From NCBI GenBank assembly GCA_951406725.2, contig OX597842.1, forward strand, positions 31,992,001 through 32,056,000: DNA of 64,000 nt. The letters run 5' to 3'. This document shows, one piece after another, positions 13,584-31,382 of this stretch. The translations under genes were made by a program, and so were the position numbers. The number at the start of each line of letters is the position of its first letter. The stretch's first letter is position 1. This DNA comes from Octopus vulgaris. Its lineage: Eukaryota. The notes under the pieces were generated by a model. The model worked only from the letters and a program-made list of their open reading frames with translations. It did not search any database and was not told the DNA's origin.

Positions 13584-15464
13584 ATATATATTTATATATA
13601 CAAACTATACTACTCAAAACACCATACCTTCCCACTGCTTCCCCCAAAGAAGGTGTCTATACGTGTTTAAAATGATGAAGTATGTATGTATACATCCATA
13701 ATATGTGCATGTATGTGTATATATGTGCCTCTGTGTGTGTGTGTGTGTGAAAGACACCTCAATTTATGGGGAGTGTTTTCCTTGCGCATGGGATCATAGT
13801 GCCCTCACATTGGCACTTGATAGCTTGTCCTGGCTTGTCTCTGGATCATGTCAACAGGGTGCAAAGGATCAGTGAGGATTTAATATTCTCGGTTGTACGA
13901 TTGCTAGATAAGAGTCATTTACGATACTTGGTCAATTAGGAGGGCCCTGCGGCATGCATGAAGGCCACAGCTGCGAATCCGAATAAAGCTGAACGTGAAC
14001 ACAATACTACTTAGAACTGTCCTTGCAGAAATTTCGCATGGTAGATGGTCAGTGATGGCCTTTTTTACTCATGAGTGGATAGCCATCGTCATCATCACCA
14101 TATATACATAAATACATATATTCATACACGAACAATTCATGTTTACATATATACATAACTACAAACAATCATACATACACGTATAAATCCAAATACACGT
14201 ATACACACACACACACACACACACACACATATTTGTGCAAACATAAACATCAACATACTTAAATACAAATACAACTGTACACATACACCCACATACATTC
14301 ATACACACGTATTTATATCCATACATATGTACATATACATGGCTATCTGCGTACCTGCTATTTCTTACACAATGAAACATTCATGCAAATTGTGAGTCAC
14401 TATTTCTTTTCTTTAACAATTCTAAAGAAATTCTAAAATATCTCAATTTATTGTCATTAAATTTCTTATCCCTATTCAAATCTTAGGTCAACCTTTTGCG
14501 TCAATTTAGAAACACGCAGGTATGAATGTATGTGGGTGTATGTATTTAGAAAGAATAGGTAAGACCGAAATATGTATACACTCACACCTATCCATCAATT
14601 CATCTGTCTGTCTATACATACATGCATATACTCATATATACATATATATATAAATTGAATATAAGTATATAATTAGGGGATATGTTAACCTTGTGAAGGG
14701 ATGGTTGCATTTAAGGAAACACTGGTTGAATACCTAGTATTTTGGGGCTATGAAATACCCTTAAAACAATAGGTATATATTAAGAATATAGTTTATATCC
14801 ATTTCAAAAAAGAAAAGAAAATGGAGATAAGGAAGTTGATAATTGTTTATTGCTTACAAAATGGTCATCTTCGCTGCTTACAATTGTTTCAATAAATTAA
14901 TTACAAATTTGTAAATTAATATTACATTTATGTGACAAGAGTATAATTTCATCAGAGAAAAGAAGCTGCTCCTTTTGATGTTATATATGGACCCATCTTT
15001 TTTCCTTTTAAATGGATATAAACTGTGTGTGTATATATATATATATATGTATATATATATACACACATACATACATATGTATGTATATATATATATATAT
15101 ATGAGTGTGTGTATGTATATGTATATATCCGTACATGTCTCTCATTGGACCTGTTTAGGCAAGTGAAATCAATTTCGTTGAAATGACCGATGATAGCACC
15201 GCCTGACTGGCAACCACGCCAGTGGAATACTAAAAGCACCATTCAAGCATGAACATTGCCAGTGCCACGGTACTGGCTCCTGTTCAGGTGCCATATAAAA
15301 AACACCATTTGAGTGTGGCTATTGGCAGTACCACATGACTGGCCTCCGTGCTGTTGGCACGTACAAGTACCCATTACACTCTTGGAGTGGTAGATGTTAG
15401 GAGGGCATCCAGCGGTAGTAACCCTACCTGATCAGATAGGAGCCTGGTGCAGCCTTCTGGGCAG

Positions 15465-15965
15465 GATCTTCCAGATATATATTACTGCATACCTCTTCTG
15501 TCTTCTCTCCAAAGAGTAGAGTCTTAAGTGTTTCAACCTTTCCCAGTATCTGAGCTGTTGCAAAGAGACGATCTTCTTTGTGAATCTTCTCTGGATTGCT
15601 TCTAGGTCTGCTGTTAATTTCACACTGGTGGGTGACCATAGCTGTGAGCAGTAATCCAGGTGGCTAAGGATGAATGTTCGCCAGTGGACCATCATGGTTT
15701 CCTTTTCTCTGGTTCGGAATGTTCTTAGGATCCATGCAGCCAGTCGTCTGAACTTTGTCGCCATCCTGGTAATGAGCACTTGAAAAGAGGTATCATCACT
15801 CATGTCTATACCCAGGTACCTCACTGACTTAGGCTCTGGGACTAAAATTTCCTATGGACCAGTGTACCCTTTAAGTTAGGTTTTGATGCTGGTGGCACAG
15901 GGCTTGGAATTTTACGGCATTAAACTGCATATTATGATCCTCAGCCAATCTGTAAATGGAGTCCA
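15465..15965 (-). pseudogene. CR1-like LINE ORF2 fragment (region C-terminal to RT)
   Basis: RYLGI...WILRTFRTRE...ILSHLDYCSQLWSP...LEAIQRRFTKKI...YWERLKHLRLYSLERR. Confidence 0.85.
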
Positions 15966-15995
15966 ACTCCTGCTGCTTATACATATACCTATAGA

Positions 15996-16050
<55 letters not shown>

Positions 16051-16063
16051 TGCATAGAATGTA

Positions 16064-16131
<68 letters not shown>

Positions 16132-16550
16132 TACATAGATAGATAGATAGATACGTAGATAGACACACAGACAGACAGTTAGATATATTCATATATATAG
16201 AAGTTGGGCCGCTCATATACACAGCAAAGTTAACATGGTCAGCAGAATGTGTTCCAGGATTCTCAGATTTTTCCAGTCGAGAGATGTCCTGATATCCTCA
16301 CCATTATCCTTCTCTTCTCCAAATAACAATTTGGCACAATTATTTCACATCAAGTGGCCCCACTCTCTTTAACATGATATCAAAACACATTAAAGCAGAA
16401 ACAGACCTCATAAAGTTCAAGAAGTCTCTGGAAAAATTCCTTCAAAAAATCCTGAATAAACTTCGTTTACCAAGATATGTCTCTGTAAACTATGACTCTC
16501 TACTTGGGGGGAACATGGTGTCCGAATTCTGATTTGACTAACATCGCAAG

Positions 16551-16608
<58 letters not shown>

Positions 16609-16622
16609 CACATATATACATG

Positions 16623-16677
<55 letters not shown>

Positions 16678-16712
16678 ATATATATAAATGTATATATATA
16701 TATATATGGCCG

Positions 16713-16776
<64 letters not shown>

Positions 16777-17190
16777 CGTTTGCCAGCTCTGTCTGGTACC
16801 TGTGCGGGTGGCACGTAAAAAGCACCCACTACACTCACGGATTGGTTGGCGTTAGGAAGGGGATCCATCCGTAGAAACACTGCCAGAGCTGACTGGGCCT
16901 GATGAAGCCTTCCAGCTTCACAGACCCCAGTTGAACCGTCCAACCCATGCTAGCATGGAAAACGGACGCTAAATGATGATGATGATGATGATGATGACAT
17001 ACACACATATACACATATACATACATATACACATATACATACATATATAAATGTATATACATATATACATATACACATATACATATATATGTATATATAT
17101 ATATATATACATATACACACACACATATATATATATACATTTTTATATATATATATACATATACATACATATATTTATAAATATATTATC

Positions 17191-17220
<30 letters not shown>

Positions 17221-17223
<3 letters not shown>

Positions 17224-17887
17224 TACAAAATTAGAGAATGGAGAAACATACTTAAATCAGTAAAACATCAACTATCCGATGATACTCAATCCATACTTTA
17301 ATACACCATTACATATGAGTAAAGGCAATATATAAAATGAAATGAGATATACAGTAATAGTAAAAGTAAAAAGATAAAGAGATATAAGTAAAAAATTTCA
17401 AATATAATATGCAAATAAATCAAAACTGACAGCTGTTTCGGCAGTGAGGACAGTCATACCTCATTTAACCTATAAGCCATAAAGGCAGGTATAAATGAGG
17501 CATTAACAAGGATGCCCCACGGCCTCTTCAGAGAATTAAATTAAATTTGTTATAATAGTGAAAAATATTATATAATCATATACATATAAATATAAAAATA
17601 TAAAAATGTAAAATATAAAAACTTATACATCATAATGCTACACTTATATAATATAATACACATTTGTACAAAAAGGAAGGTAAACAGAACAAAATAAAAC
17701 AAAATATATAACAGTGTATATATTAATATTAATAAGTACCGATATTATACATATTTGGCTAATAGTTTTTTTTATAAAAAAAAAAAAAAAAAAAGGGCTA
17801 ACACATATGGAGATGAAAAATAATAATTAAATCCGTGGTACAGTTCATAAAATTCTAAATCTATAAAAGTTAATAAAAATTACTATA

Positions 17888-17965
<78 letters not shown>

Positions 17966-18330
17966 TAATAAAAATAGATACAGTTAAGTTAGCACCAAGT
18001 CCATCCTTTCACTTTTACTATTACTGTATATCTCATTTCATTTTATATATTGCCTTTACTCATATGTAATGGTGTATTAAAGTATGGATTGAGTATCATC
18101 GGATAGTTGATGTTTTACTGATTTAAGTATGTTTCTCCATTCTCTAATTTTGTAGTATTAATTTACGGTAATATTATTACCTTTACCCATTTAATACAAT
18201 AGATGAACTGATTGTTTGACAATTTTTAACATCTATGTATTAATTTTGTTGGGTACCTATCTAGCAGTATATTGGATATATATTATCCCATGGTGGGTTG
18301 AATTTTCAACCCCTATCTCATTTTATAACC
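17221..18330. mobile_element. Penelope-like element remnant with ~155-bp inverted repeats and a hammerhead motif
   Basis: 17221-17375 is the reverse complement of 18003-18157. The segment is AT-rich, carries a hammerhead core at 17428-17531, and is absent from the paralogous unit at ~13500-13600. Confidence 0.65.
17422..17537 (-). ncRNA. Type I hammerhead ribozyme-like motif with an 85-nt stem II domain
   Basis: Minus strand reads ct-CTGAAGA-GGCCGTGGGG...CCTCACTGCC-GAAA-C-AGCT-GTC-ag. It has a perfect core, a G10.1-C11.1 pair, a palindromic loop 3 and a GUC triplet; stem I is weak. Confidence 0.72.
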
Positions 18331-19002
18331 TATATATATATATATATATGTATATATATAATATATATACATATACAAACTATACTACTCAAAACACCAT
18401 ACCTTCCCACTGCTTCCCCCAAAGAAGGTGTCTATATGTGTTTAAAATGATGAAGTATGTATGTATACATCCATAATATGTGCATGTATGTGTATATGTG
18501 TGCCTCTGTGTGTGTGTGTGTGTGTGTGCCTCTGTGTGTGTGTGTGTGGGTGAAAGACACCTCAATTTATGGGGGGTGTTTTCCTTGCGCATGGGATCAT
18601 AGTACCCTCACATTGGCACTTGATAGCTTGTCCTGGCTTGTCTCTGGATCATGTCAACAGGGTGCAAAGGATCAGTGAGGATTTAATATTCTCGGTTGTA
18701 CGATCGCTAGATAAGAGTCATTTACGATACTTGGTCAATTAGGAGGGCCCTGCGGCATGCATGAAGGCCACAGCTGCGAATCCGAATAAAGCTGACCATG
18801 AACACAATACTACTTAGAACTGTCCTTGCAGAAATTTCGCATGGTAGATGGTCAGTGATGGCCTTTTTTACTCATGAGTGGATAGCCATCGTCATCATCA
18901 CCATATATACATAAATACATATATTCATACACGAACAATTCATGTTTACATATATACATAACTACAAACAATCATACATACACGTATAAATCCAAATACA
19001 CG

Positions 19003-19037
<35 letters not shown>

Positions 19038-19831
19038 TTGTGCAAACATAAACATCAACATACTTAAATACAAATACAACTGTACACATACACCCACATA
19101 CATTCATACACACGTATTTATATCCATATATGTACATATACATGGCTATCTGCGTACCTGCTATTTCTTACACAATGAAACACTCATTCACCTGGTGAGT
19201 CACTATTTCTTTTCTTTAACAATTCTAAAGAAATTCTAAAACATCTCAATTTATTGTCATTAAATTTCTTATCCCTATTCAAATCTTAGGTCAACCTTTT
19301 GCATCAATTTAGAAACACGCAGGTATGAATGTATGTGGGTGTATGTATTTAGAAAGAATAGGTAAGACCGAAATATGTATACACTCACACCTATCCATCA
19401 ATTCATCTATCTGTCTATACATACATGCATATACTCATGTATACATATATATATAAATTGAATATAAGTATATAATTAGGGGATATGTTAACCTTGTGAA
19501 GGGATGGTTGCATTTAAGGAAACACTGGTTGAATACCTAGTATTTTGGGGCTATGAAATACCCTTAAAACAATAGGTATATATTAAGAATATAGTTTATA
19601 TCCATTTCAAAACAGAAAAGAAAATGGAGATAAGGAAGTTGATAATTGTTTATTGCTTACAAAGTGGTCATCTTCGCTGCTTACAATTGTTTCAATAAAT
19701 TAATTACAAATTTGTACATTAATATTACATTTATGTGACATGAGTATAATTTCATCAGAGAAAAAAAGCTGCTCCTTTTGATGTTATATATGGACCCATC
19801 TTCTTTACTTTTAAATGGATATAAACTGTGC

Positions 19832-19895
<64 letters not shown>

Positions 19896-20274
19896 GAGTG
19901 TGTGTATGTATATGTATATATCCGTACATGTCTCTCATTGGACACTAAACTTCGCTTGTGAGGACCTGTTGAGGCAAGTGAAATCAAATTCGTTGAGATG
20001 ACCGATGATAGCACCGCCTGACTGTAACCATGCCAGTTGAATACTAAAAGCACCATCCAAGCATGAACGTTGCCAGTGCCACGGTACTGGCTCCTGTTCA
20101 GGTGCCATATAAAAAACACCATTTGAGTGTGGCTATTGGCAGTACCACATGACTGGCCTCCGTGCTGGTGTCACGTACAAGTACCCATTATACTCTTGGA
20201 GTGGTAGATGTTAGGAGGGCATCCAGCGGTAGTAACCCTACCTGATCAGATAGGAGCCTGGTGCAGCCTTCTGG

Positions 20275-20780
20275 CCAGGATCTTCCAGATATATATTACT
20301 GCATACTTCTTCTGTCCTCTCTCCAGAGAGTAGAGTCTTAAGTGTTTCAACCTTTCCCAGTAGCTGAGCTGTTGCAAAGAGTCGATCTTCTTTGTGAATC
20401 TTCTCTGGATTGCTTCAAGGTCCGCTGTTAATTTCACACTGGTGGGTGACCATAGCTGTGAGCAGTAATTCAGGTAGCTAAGGATGAATGTTCGCCAGTG
20501 GACCATCATGGTTTCCTTTTCTCTGGTTCGGAATGTTCTTAGGATCCATCCAGCCAGTCGTCTGCACTTTGTCACCATCCTGGTATTGAGCACTTGGAAA
20601 GAGGTATCACCACTCATGTCTATACCCAGGTCCCTCACTGACTTAGGCTCTGGGACTAAAATTCCCTGTGGACCAGTGTACCCTTTAAGTTAGGTTTTGA
20701 TACTGGTGGCGCAGGGCTTGGAATTTTTCGGCATTAAACTGCATATTATTATCCTCAGCCAATCTGTAATTGGAGTTCAA
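20275..20780 (-). pseudogene. Duplicate CR1-like ORF2 fragment
   Basis: RDLGIDMS...WILRTFRTRE...YCSQLWSP...YWERLKHLRLYSLER; paralog of 15465-15965. Confidence 0.85.
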
Positions 20781-20808
20781 CTCCTGCTGCTTATACATAT
20801 ACCTATAG

Positions 20809-20893
<85 letters not shown>

Positions 20894-21013
20894 TAGATAG
20901 ATATATACATATACATACATAACATATATATATACACACACAATATATATATGTATATATAGAATGTATACACAATATATATATATGAAATAATTATATA
21001 TAGACACACACAC

Positions 21014-21121
<108 letters not shown>

Positions 21122-21642
21122 GTTTTATGATCTAAAATGCTCCAGCTAGGGCGTGGTTTAACAAATCTTACGAAATTGGACAATATTCATTATTGAATAG
21201 AAATCTAATCTGTTTCACCTCTAAATATTTAACTTCCTAAGTAAAGCGGCAACGTGACTTAACTATGAAAATGAGAGGGAGAGACTAAGAGTGAGAGGGG
21301 GGAGGGAGAGAGAGGCAGACAGACAGGCAGAGGGTGGGGGCAATAAAGTATAGAGAGATATAACAACACAACTAAAAAATATCGGACAATGATTTTAACA
21401 AATGAAAGAAAAGGCAGACACTGACATATATTTGGTTGAGTGTATATAATACATATATACATGTATATATATATATATGTGAGTGTGTGTGTGTGTATAC
21501 ATATATTTACTTGTATATCTTTAAATATAGATATATATATATACATACATAATATATATATATACAAACAATATATATATGAAATAGATGTATATACATA
21601 TATTTACATTTATGTCTATATATATGTGTATGCATGTGTGTG

Positions 21643-21684
<42 letters not shown>

Positions 21685-21757
21685 TAGATAGTTAGATAGA
21701 TAGATAGATACGTAGATAGACACAGAGACAGACAGATAGATATACATATATTTATAG

Positions 21758-22415
21758 AAGGTGGGCCGCTCATATACACAACAAAGTTAACATGGACAGC
21801 AGAATGTGTTCCTAGATTCTCAGAACTTTCCAGTCGAGAGATATCCTGATATCCTCACCATTATTCTTCTCTTCTCTACTTTTGCCTGACCCCTCTTTCA
21901 ATACAGTTGTCCACTGTGGTCTCCCCTCACAGAACAAATTCCCATGAAACTTGAAGCACCCCAAAGGTCAATTACAAAAGTGACAGTCCTTGACCATTGG
22001 AGTCGTCGACTAGAAAAGCTAAAGCTTTATTCTCTTCGATGTCGTCATGAGCGCTGTATCATCTGCATGATGTTGAAAATATTCCAGCAGCATTTCCCGA
22101 ATTATGCTGGCATCTCCTTTAAGATATACCCAAGACTTCTGCCCCATGCGATCGACCAACCACATAAATCCCACTTGCATCTCATAATAACAATTTGGCA
22201 CAATTATTTCATATCAAGTGGCCCCACTTTCTTTAACATGATATCAAAACACATTAAAGCAGAAACAGACCCCATAAAGTTCAAGAAGTCTCTGGAAAAA
22301 TTCCATCAAAAAATCTCGAATAAACTTCGTTCACCAAGATATGTCTCTGTAAACTATAACTCTCCACTTGGGTGGGACATGGAGTCCGAAATCTGATTTG
22401 ACAAACATCGCCAGG
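21758..22415 (+). pseudogene. Degenerate CR1-like ORF2 C-terminal fragment (second family)
   Basis: ILRTFQSRD...YSCPLWSP...LEAPQRSIT...RLEKLKLYSLRCRHER, with frameshifts. Internally deleted copies lie at 12540-12890 and 16200-16550, and a truncated copy at 26248-26337. Confidence 0.75.
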
Positions 22416-22439
22416 TGTATATATATATAAATAAAATAA

Positions 22440-24445
22440 TAATAATATTAATAATAATTGTGTACAGTGCTCAGGCGCACTACAACTCATCTAAAGTGTA
22501 TATATAATCAGGTGTAGTTTCGGTGGATTTCGGAAAGCATGAGGGCATTAAAGGATGCAGTGTCATGGCAGTCAACAACTGACGCAGGCAGTTTATTCCA
22601 TGTTTCAGCAACTCTGAGCGTGAAAAAATGTTTCCGAAAGTCATGGGAGCTGTGTTGTTTTCTGACTTTGTAGGCATGTCCACGTGTGTTAGACACATGG
22701 AGATCAAAAAGGTGTTCCGTGTTGTTGTTGGTGAGGTGGTTGATAACATTGTGGGTATTTACCAAGTCCGTTGCCAGACGCCGGAGCTTCAGTGAATCCA
22801 TGCCCAGGGAAACAAGGCGCTCAGAATATGGTAGGTGTCTGATGGAGGGTATGCGTTTGGTTGCACGTCTCTGGACAGATTCCAGGAGGTCAATGTTCTG
22901 AGCAAGATAGGGGTTCCAAACTAATGATGCGAAATCCAAGTGTGGTCGTACCATAGCTGTATACAGTTTTAAATAGATGGCTGGAGAGCGGCTAACAAAA
23001 GTCTTGCTGAGTGATGCCAAGACACCCTCGGCCTTCTTGACAATTTTAGAGATATGCTTTGTCCAACGCAAATCACTGCTGACAGTGATGCCTAGGTCAC
23101 GCTCGCAAGAGGATTTCTTGATATCAGTGTTGTGGAGGGAGTATGTGGACGCAGGGTTTTTTCTCCCAAAATGTATGGTGATACACTTGTCCACAGCCAG
23201 TTTCAGTTGCCAGTCTGTGATCCATTGCTGCATTGTGTCTAGGTCTGATTGCAGGAAAGAGTTGTAGACATCAGGATCTGTCCTCTTGATTTCAAGGTAC
23301 AGCTTGATGTCGTCTGCATATTTCAATACTGTGACATTCTTTAAATTGGCATCTATGTCATTAATGTATGCCACAAACAAGAGGGGACCAAGGACAGATC
23401 CCTGTGGTACACCCGATGACATCTCATATGGTGTAGAATGCTGTCCTAGAACTGTGACTATCTCCTTTCGGCTGAGAATGAAGGATTTCAACCAGTTAAA
23501 AAGGTCATCCCTCACACCCATTGCAGAGAGTTATGGACAAATCCATATTGTGAGGGTCGGATGAGACTGTGAGAGCTCCAGAAGTTCCTGAGTGTTTCTC
23601 TGATACACGATTTCATTAGTTTTGCAATACAGCTAGTGAGACTGACTGTGCGATAGTTGACAGGTGATGTGCGGTCGCCCTTTTTGAACAGAGGAATGAC
23701 ACTGGCGGTTTTCCACTGCTCCGGAGTAGCACCATTGTTGAGACAGTACTGGAAGAAAATAGAAAGCTGGTGTAAAAGGAAGTACCTGCCACGTTTGAGA
23801 AGCAGGTATGTAACTCCATCAAGACCAGGGGAGGCATAGTTTGGCTTATTTTGAAGGCGACGTCGCAGCACTGCAGGTGTAAATTCCATAATTGTTCTGG
23901 AATTTGCTGTTAGTGATGGTGATGATGGTACATTTTGACTTTCAACAGTGAATATATTTGCATAGCACTCGGCAATGAGTTCTGCGAATTCCTTGGGGTC
24001 GTCAGTGATCTGGTTTGTGTGAGGGTTGCGGAGAGGGCCCACTGGAGAGTGAGGTCTCTGCTTCCAATGCACATATTTCCAGAAAACCTTGCTGTCAGGA
24101 TTGGCTGCTATGCACTGTTCAAATTCAAGCACTGCTTTTTATGTCACTTGCTTGAGATGGTTGGAAGATTTATTCCACTTTTTCCTGTCGGTGTCTGATT
24201 TATGCAACTTCTTTTCCCATTCAGCAGTCCGACGTTCCTTCCAGGCAAGTCGGACCGCTGAAGTCTCCCAAATTGCTCTTTTGGGGCGGTTCTTCTTTTT
24301 CTGTTTACGTGGCACTGATGCTGCACATGCTGCCCATATTGAGTCCAGGATACTCTGGAGTATACTATTCACATCTCCAGAGTTGTAGAAATCACGCCAG
24401 TTTGGGTGCTGTAGTTCAGTGTGGTACAGGTTCCAATCAAGTGTA
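22440..24445 (-). mobile_element. CR1-clade LINE, 5'-truncated, RT domain with a 139-bp deletion, (TTA)n tail
   Basis: SPGLDG, WKTASVIPLFKKGDR..NYR.VSLTS, GVPQGSVLGPLLF, YADDIKLY, TRGHAYKV, FFTLRVAETWNKLP. A short 3' UTR (GATGAGTTGTAGTGCGCCTGAGCACTGTACACA) is followed by TTA repeats. Confidence 0.92.
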
Positions 24446-24563
24446 TATAAACACATATACAAATATACATACATATATATATATATACGTACAACTTCTG
24501 CTGCATATACATATACCTATAGACTTATATATATATATATATACATGCATAGAATGTATATAT

Positions 24564-24674
<111 letters not shown>

Positions 24675-24710
24675 TAGATATAGATATATATATATACATA
24701 TATATACATA

Positions 24711-27830
<3,120 letters not shown>

Positions 27831-27948
27831 TATATAAACACATATACAAATATACATACATATATATATATACGTACAACTTCTGCTGCATATACATATA
27901 CCTATAGACTTATATATATATATATATACATGCATAGAATGTATATAT

Positions 27949-28061
<113 letters not shown>

Positions 28062-28083
28062 TATATATACATATATATACATA

Positions 28084-28153
<70 letters not shown>

Positions 28154-28176
28154 TTAATAATAATAATAATAATAAT

Positions 28177-30679
28177 AACACCGGGGGACTTTTAAGAGGA
28201 GAACACCGGGGGACTTTTAAGAGAGAACACCGGGGGACTTTTAAGATGTAAGAAGGAAAATTCAGAGCTCCGAAACCTATCCACAAACATCGAAAACAAG
28301 GACATCCTATGGAGCCAAAGTTTTACTAACAAAGAATTGGACTGTATCCGAGTAAGTAATACTAATTGAAATTTATTACTATTTTCGAAATGAAATGATG
28401 TATTTTGACTCGATATCATCTCCATTTCTAACGCAACACATGCGTGAAACATCACGATCATCCCTGACCCCAAACACCATGTACAAAGGAACTACGAAGA
28501 AATTAAATGCCACCGATACTATTCAACCCAAGAATAACAATCGAGCGGTACGTACATTAAATTTACAACAAAAAATGTACGAAAAACTACACGTGCGAAA
28601 TAATGTGACAACAGAAATAAACGGACCGGTACCCTACGAAAATGACGACCGTCAAAATAATGGGCCGGACGTTGTACCTCATGTCCCGCAAATAAAACCC
28701 AAAAGACGTAAATGGACACGTGAGGAATACATTTCTATCTTACACGCATACTTCACAGCAGTACTCTACCCAAAATATGTAAATACAACAACACATACAT
28801 ATAAAATATGGAAGGAAAATAATAGAGATATAGACTTGGATACAGCAATGAACCCTAATAAATTAGCTAACGTACGAAGATACATTCTCAACACAAAAAA
28901 AATATCAGAAATAGAAATAGAACACCTAAAAGAAAACATACACCAGGAAAATGTAGATAGAAGCCACACAACAATGCCCAATAATATAAACACTGAAACT
29001 GTAAAACACGAAGACAAACGCAACATTCCCAACAAACACGATGTAAACAACGAAGGGGAGCCTAATGATTATGATAATATAAAAAATAAAATAATCAAAG
29101 AACTGAAAACCACAGAGCTCAAAATGGACCACCGACCATACCTCCCAAGAATCAAAATAAACGAAATAACAACACCTATTATAAACAGCATAAACCAAGC
29201 CGTCACTGAACTGATAGCCACTGAATCAAAAAAAAGTTATATCACTGAGCTAAATAACCTAATATACGCAGCAGCCACTGCAGCCACAAAAGAAGCTGGA
29301 TACTCACCCAAACCCGCCCAAACAAACCCTGTGGATAAATAACATCCAAAGCAAAATAAAAAAAATTAGAAAAGACCTGTCGATTCTTAATGAAATCAGC
29401 AAACAATCAACGCTACTGAGCAACAAAAAGAGAACAAAAATACTCCGCAAATATAACATGACAGAGAAAGATTTGCCTGAAATAAAAGAAAAGCTGAAGC
29501 AAGATATCCTTGCCAAAGCACAAAGGATCCGCCGGTACAAGAAACGCCAACGCTTCTTTGAAGAAAACAAAAAGTTCAGCTCCAACCCCAAAAAGTTCTA
29601 CCAAGAACTGGGCAAAAATAAAATAGAAGTCACTGCAGCACCAACGGCAGAAGAATTGGAAGAATTCTGGAGAGAGATATGGTCGGCGTAACGAACCACC
29701 AAAAAAAGGAGTATCAAAATTACAAACTCGGCATCTGAACAACTTTGGACCCCCATAACAACTGAAGAGGTCACCCAGGCACTGCAAAGACTAAGCAACT
29801 GGAAGGCACCTGGGCATGACAAGATCCCCAACTTCTGGTTGAAATATCTAACAGGAATGCACAAAAAGCTGGCTGAAAACTTTAACAACGTACTAGCAGA
29901 GCCAGAGACAATGCCTGAATGGCTCACGAAGGGGAAAACCATCTTAATTCCCAAATCAAATGAAACAGAAAACTACAGACCAATAACCTGCCTCCCTACT
30001 ATGTTCAAGGCATTTACTGCAGTGATATCACAAAGGCTGAACAAGCACCTGGACGAAAACAAACTGTTCCCAGAAGAGCAGAAAGGATGCCGCAAAGGCT
30101 CATATGGCTGTAAAGATCAACTAATGATTAATAAAGCCATAACTGAAGACAGCCACAGAAAGAAGAAAGGCCTCAGTATGGCCTGGATTGACTACAAAAA
30201 GGCGTTTGATAGCATCCCCCACACATGGATCCTCGAAACACTAGCCATTAACAAAGTAGCACCAACAATCATAAAATTCATAGAGCACTCTATGAATAAA
30301 TGGCAAACAGTCCTACACCTCCAAACAAAAGAGGGACTCATGAAAACCAAAGACATCCCCATTAGAAGAGGAATATTCCAGGGAGACACGCTCTCTCCAC
30401 TCCTTTTCTGCTTGGCACTGTCACCTCTATCTGATATGCTAAATAGAACTGGATGCGGATATAAATGTTACGGCAAAACGATCAGCCACCTTTTATATAT
30501 GGATGACCTAAAACTATACGCTGCAAATGACAAACAGCTGGAAACACTATTAAAGACAGTTCATGGATTTACCAAAGAAATAGATATGAAATTTGGATTA
30601 GAAAAATGCGCCAAAGTAACCATGAAAAGAGGAAAACTAGTTAAGAGTAACAACATCACACTAGATAAAACCAATGAAA
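28177..30679 (+). mobile_element. Dong/R4-clade non-LTR retrotransposon, 5' part, inactivated; truncated by assembly gap
   Basis: RRKWTREE N-terminal motif, then KAPGHDKIPNFWLK, NYRPITCLPT, EEQKGCRKGSYGCKDQL, WIDYKKAFDSIPH, GIFQGDTLSPLLF, HLLYMDDLKLYA, FGLEKCA. No APE domain. Frameshift at ~29330 and stop/deletion at ~29690. The 5' end abuts (TAA)n. Confidence 0.88.
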
Positions 30680-30779
30680 NNNNNNNNNNNNNNNNNNNNN
30701 NNNNNNNNNNNNNNNNNNNNNNNNNNNNNNNNNNNNNNNNNNNNNNNNNNNNNNNNNNNNNNNNNNNNNNNNNNNNNNN
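30680..30779. other. Assembly gap (100 N)
   Basis: Run of N. Confidence 1.
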
Positions 30780-30821
30780 TTTGCCCCGGCATGCTAACGA
30801 TCCTACCAGTTTGCCACCGTA

Positions 30822-31343
30822 ATCATCATCATCATCATCATCATCGTTTAACGTCTGTTTTCCATGCTAGCACGGGTTGGACGGTTCAACTGGGGTCTGG
30901 GAAGACAGAAGGCTGCACCAGGCTCCAGTCTTATCTGGCAATGTTTCTACAGCTGGATGCCCTTCCTAACACCAGCCACTCCGAGAGTGTAGTGGGTGCT
31001 TTTTATGTGCCACCTGCACAGGTGCCAGACGAGGCTGGCAAACGGCCACGATCGGATGGTGCTTTTTACGTGCCACCGGCACGGAAGCCAGTCAGGGCGG
31101 CGCTGGCAATGGTCACGTTCGGATGGTTCTCTTACATGCCACCGGCACTGGTATCACAGCTACAATTTCCATTGATGTCGAAAGATTTCGATTTTGATTT
31201 TCACTTGCCTCAACAGGTCTTCACAAGTAGGGTTTGTGTCACAAGAAGGAAAGGTATGCATAAGTGGGCTGGCTACATCCCACGTAGGGGCCACGGGTTA
31301 TGGTCTCACTTGTCCTACCGGGTCTTCCCACGCACAGCATACT

Positions 31344-31345
<2 letters not shown>
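30822..31345 (-). mobile_element. Family A SINE, long copy
   Basis: (CAT)n tail, CTGGATGCCCTTCCTAAC core and internal GGTGCTTTTTACGTGCCACC subrepeats. Other copies lie at ~15140-15470, 19960-20280, 32460-32705, 34089-34595, 52627-52952, 58313-58570 and 62861-63150. Confidence 0.85.

Positions 31346-31379
<34 letters not shown>

Positions 31380-31382
<3 letters not shown>

Noticed and set aside
29839-31348. ORFs spanning 30680-30779
   Set aside because: They read through an N gap; the sequence beyond the gap is SINE, not the LINE continuation.
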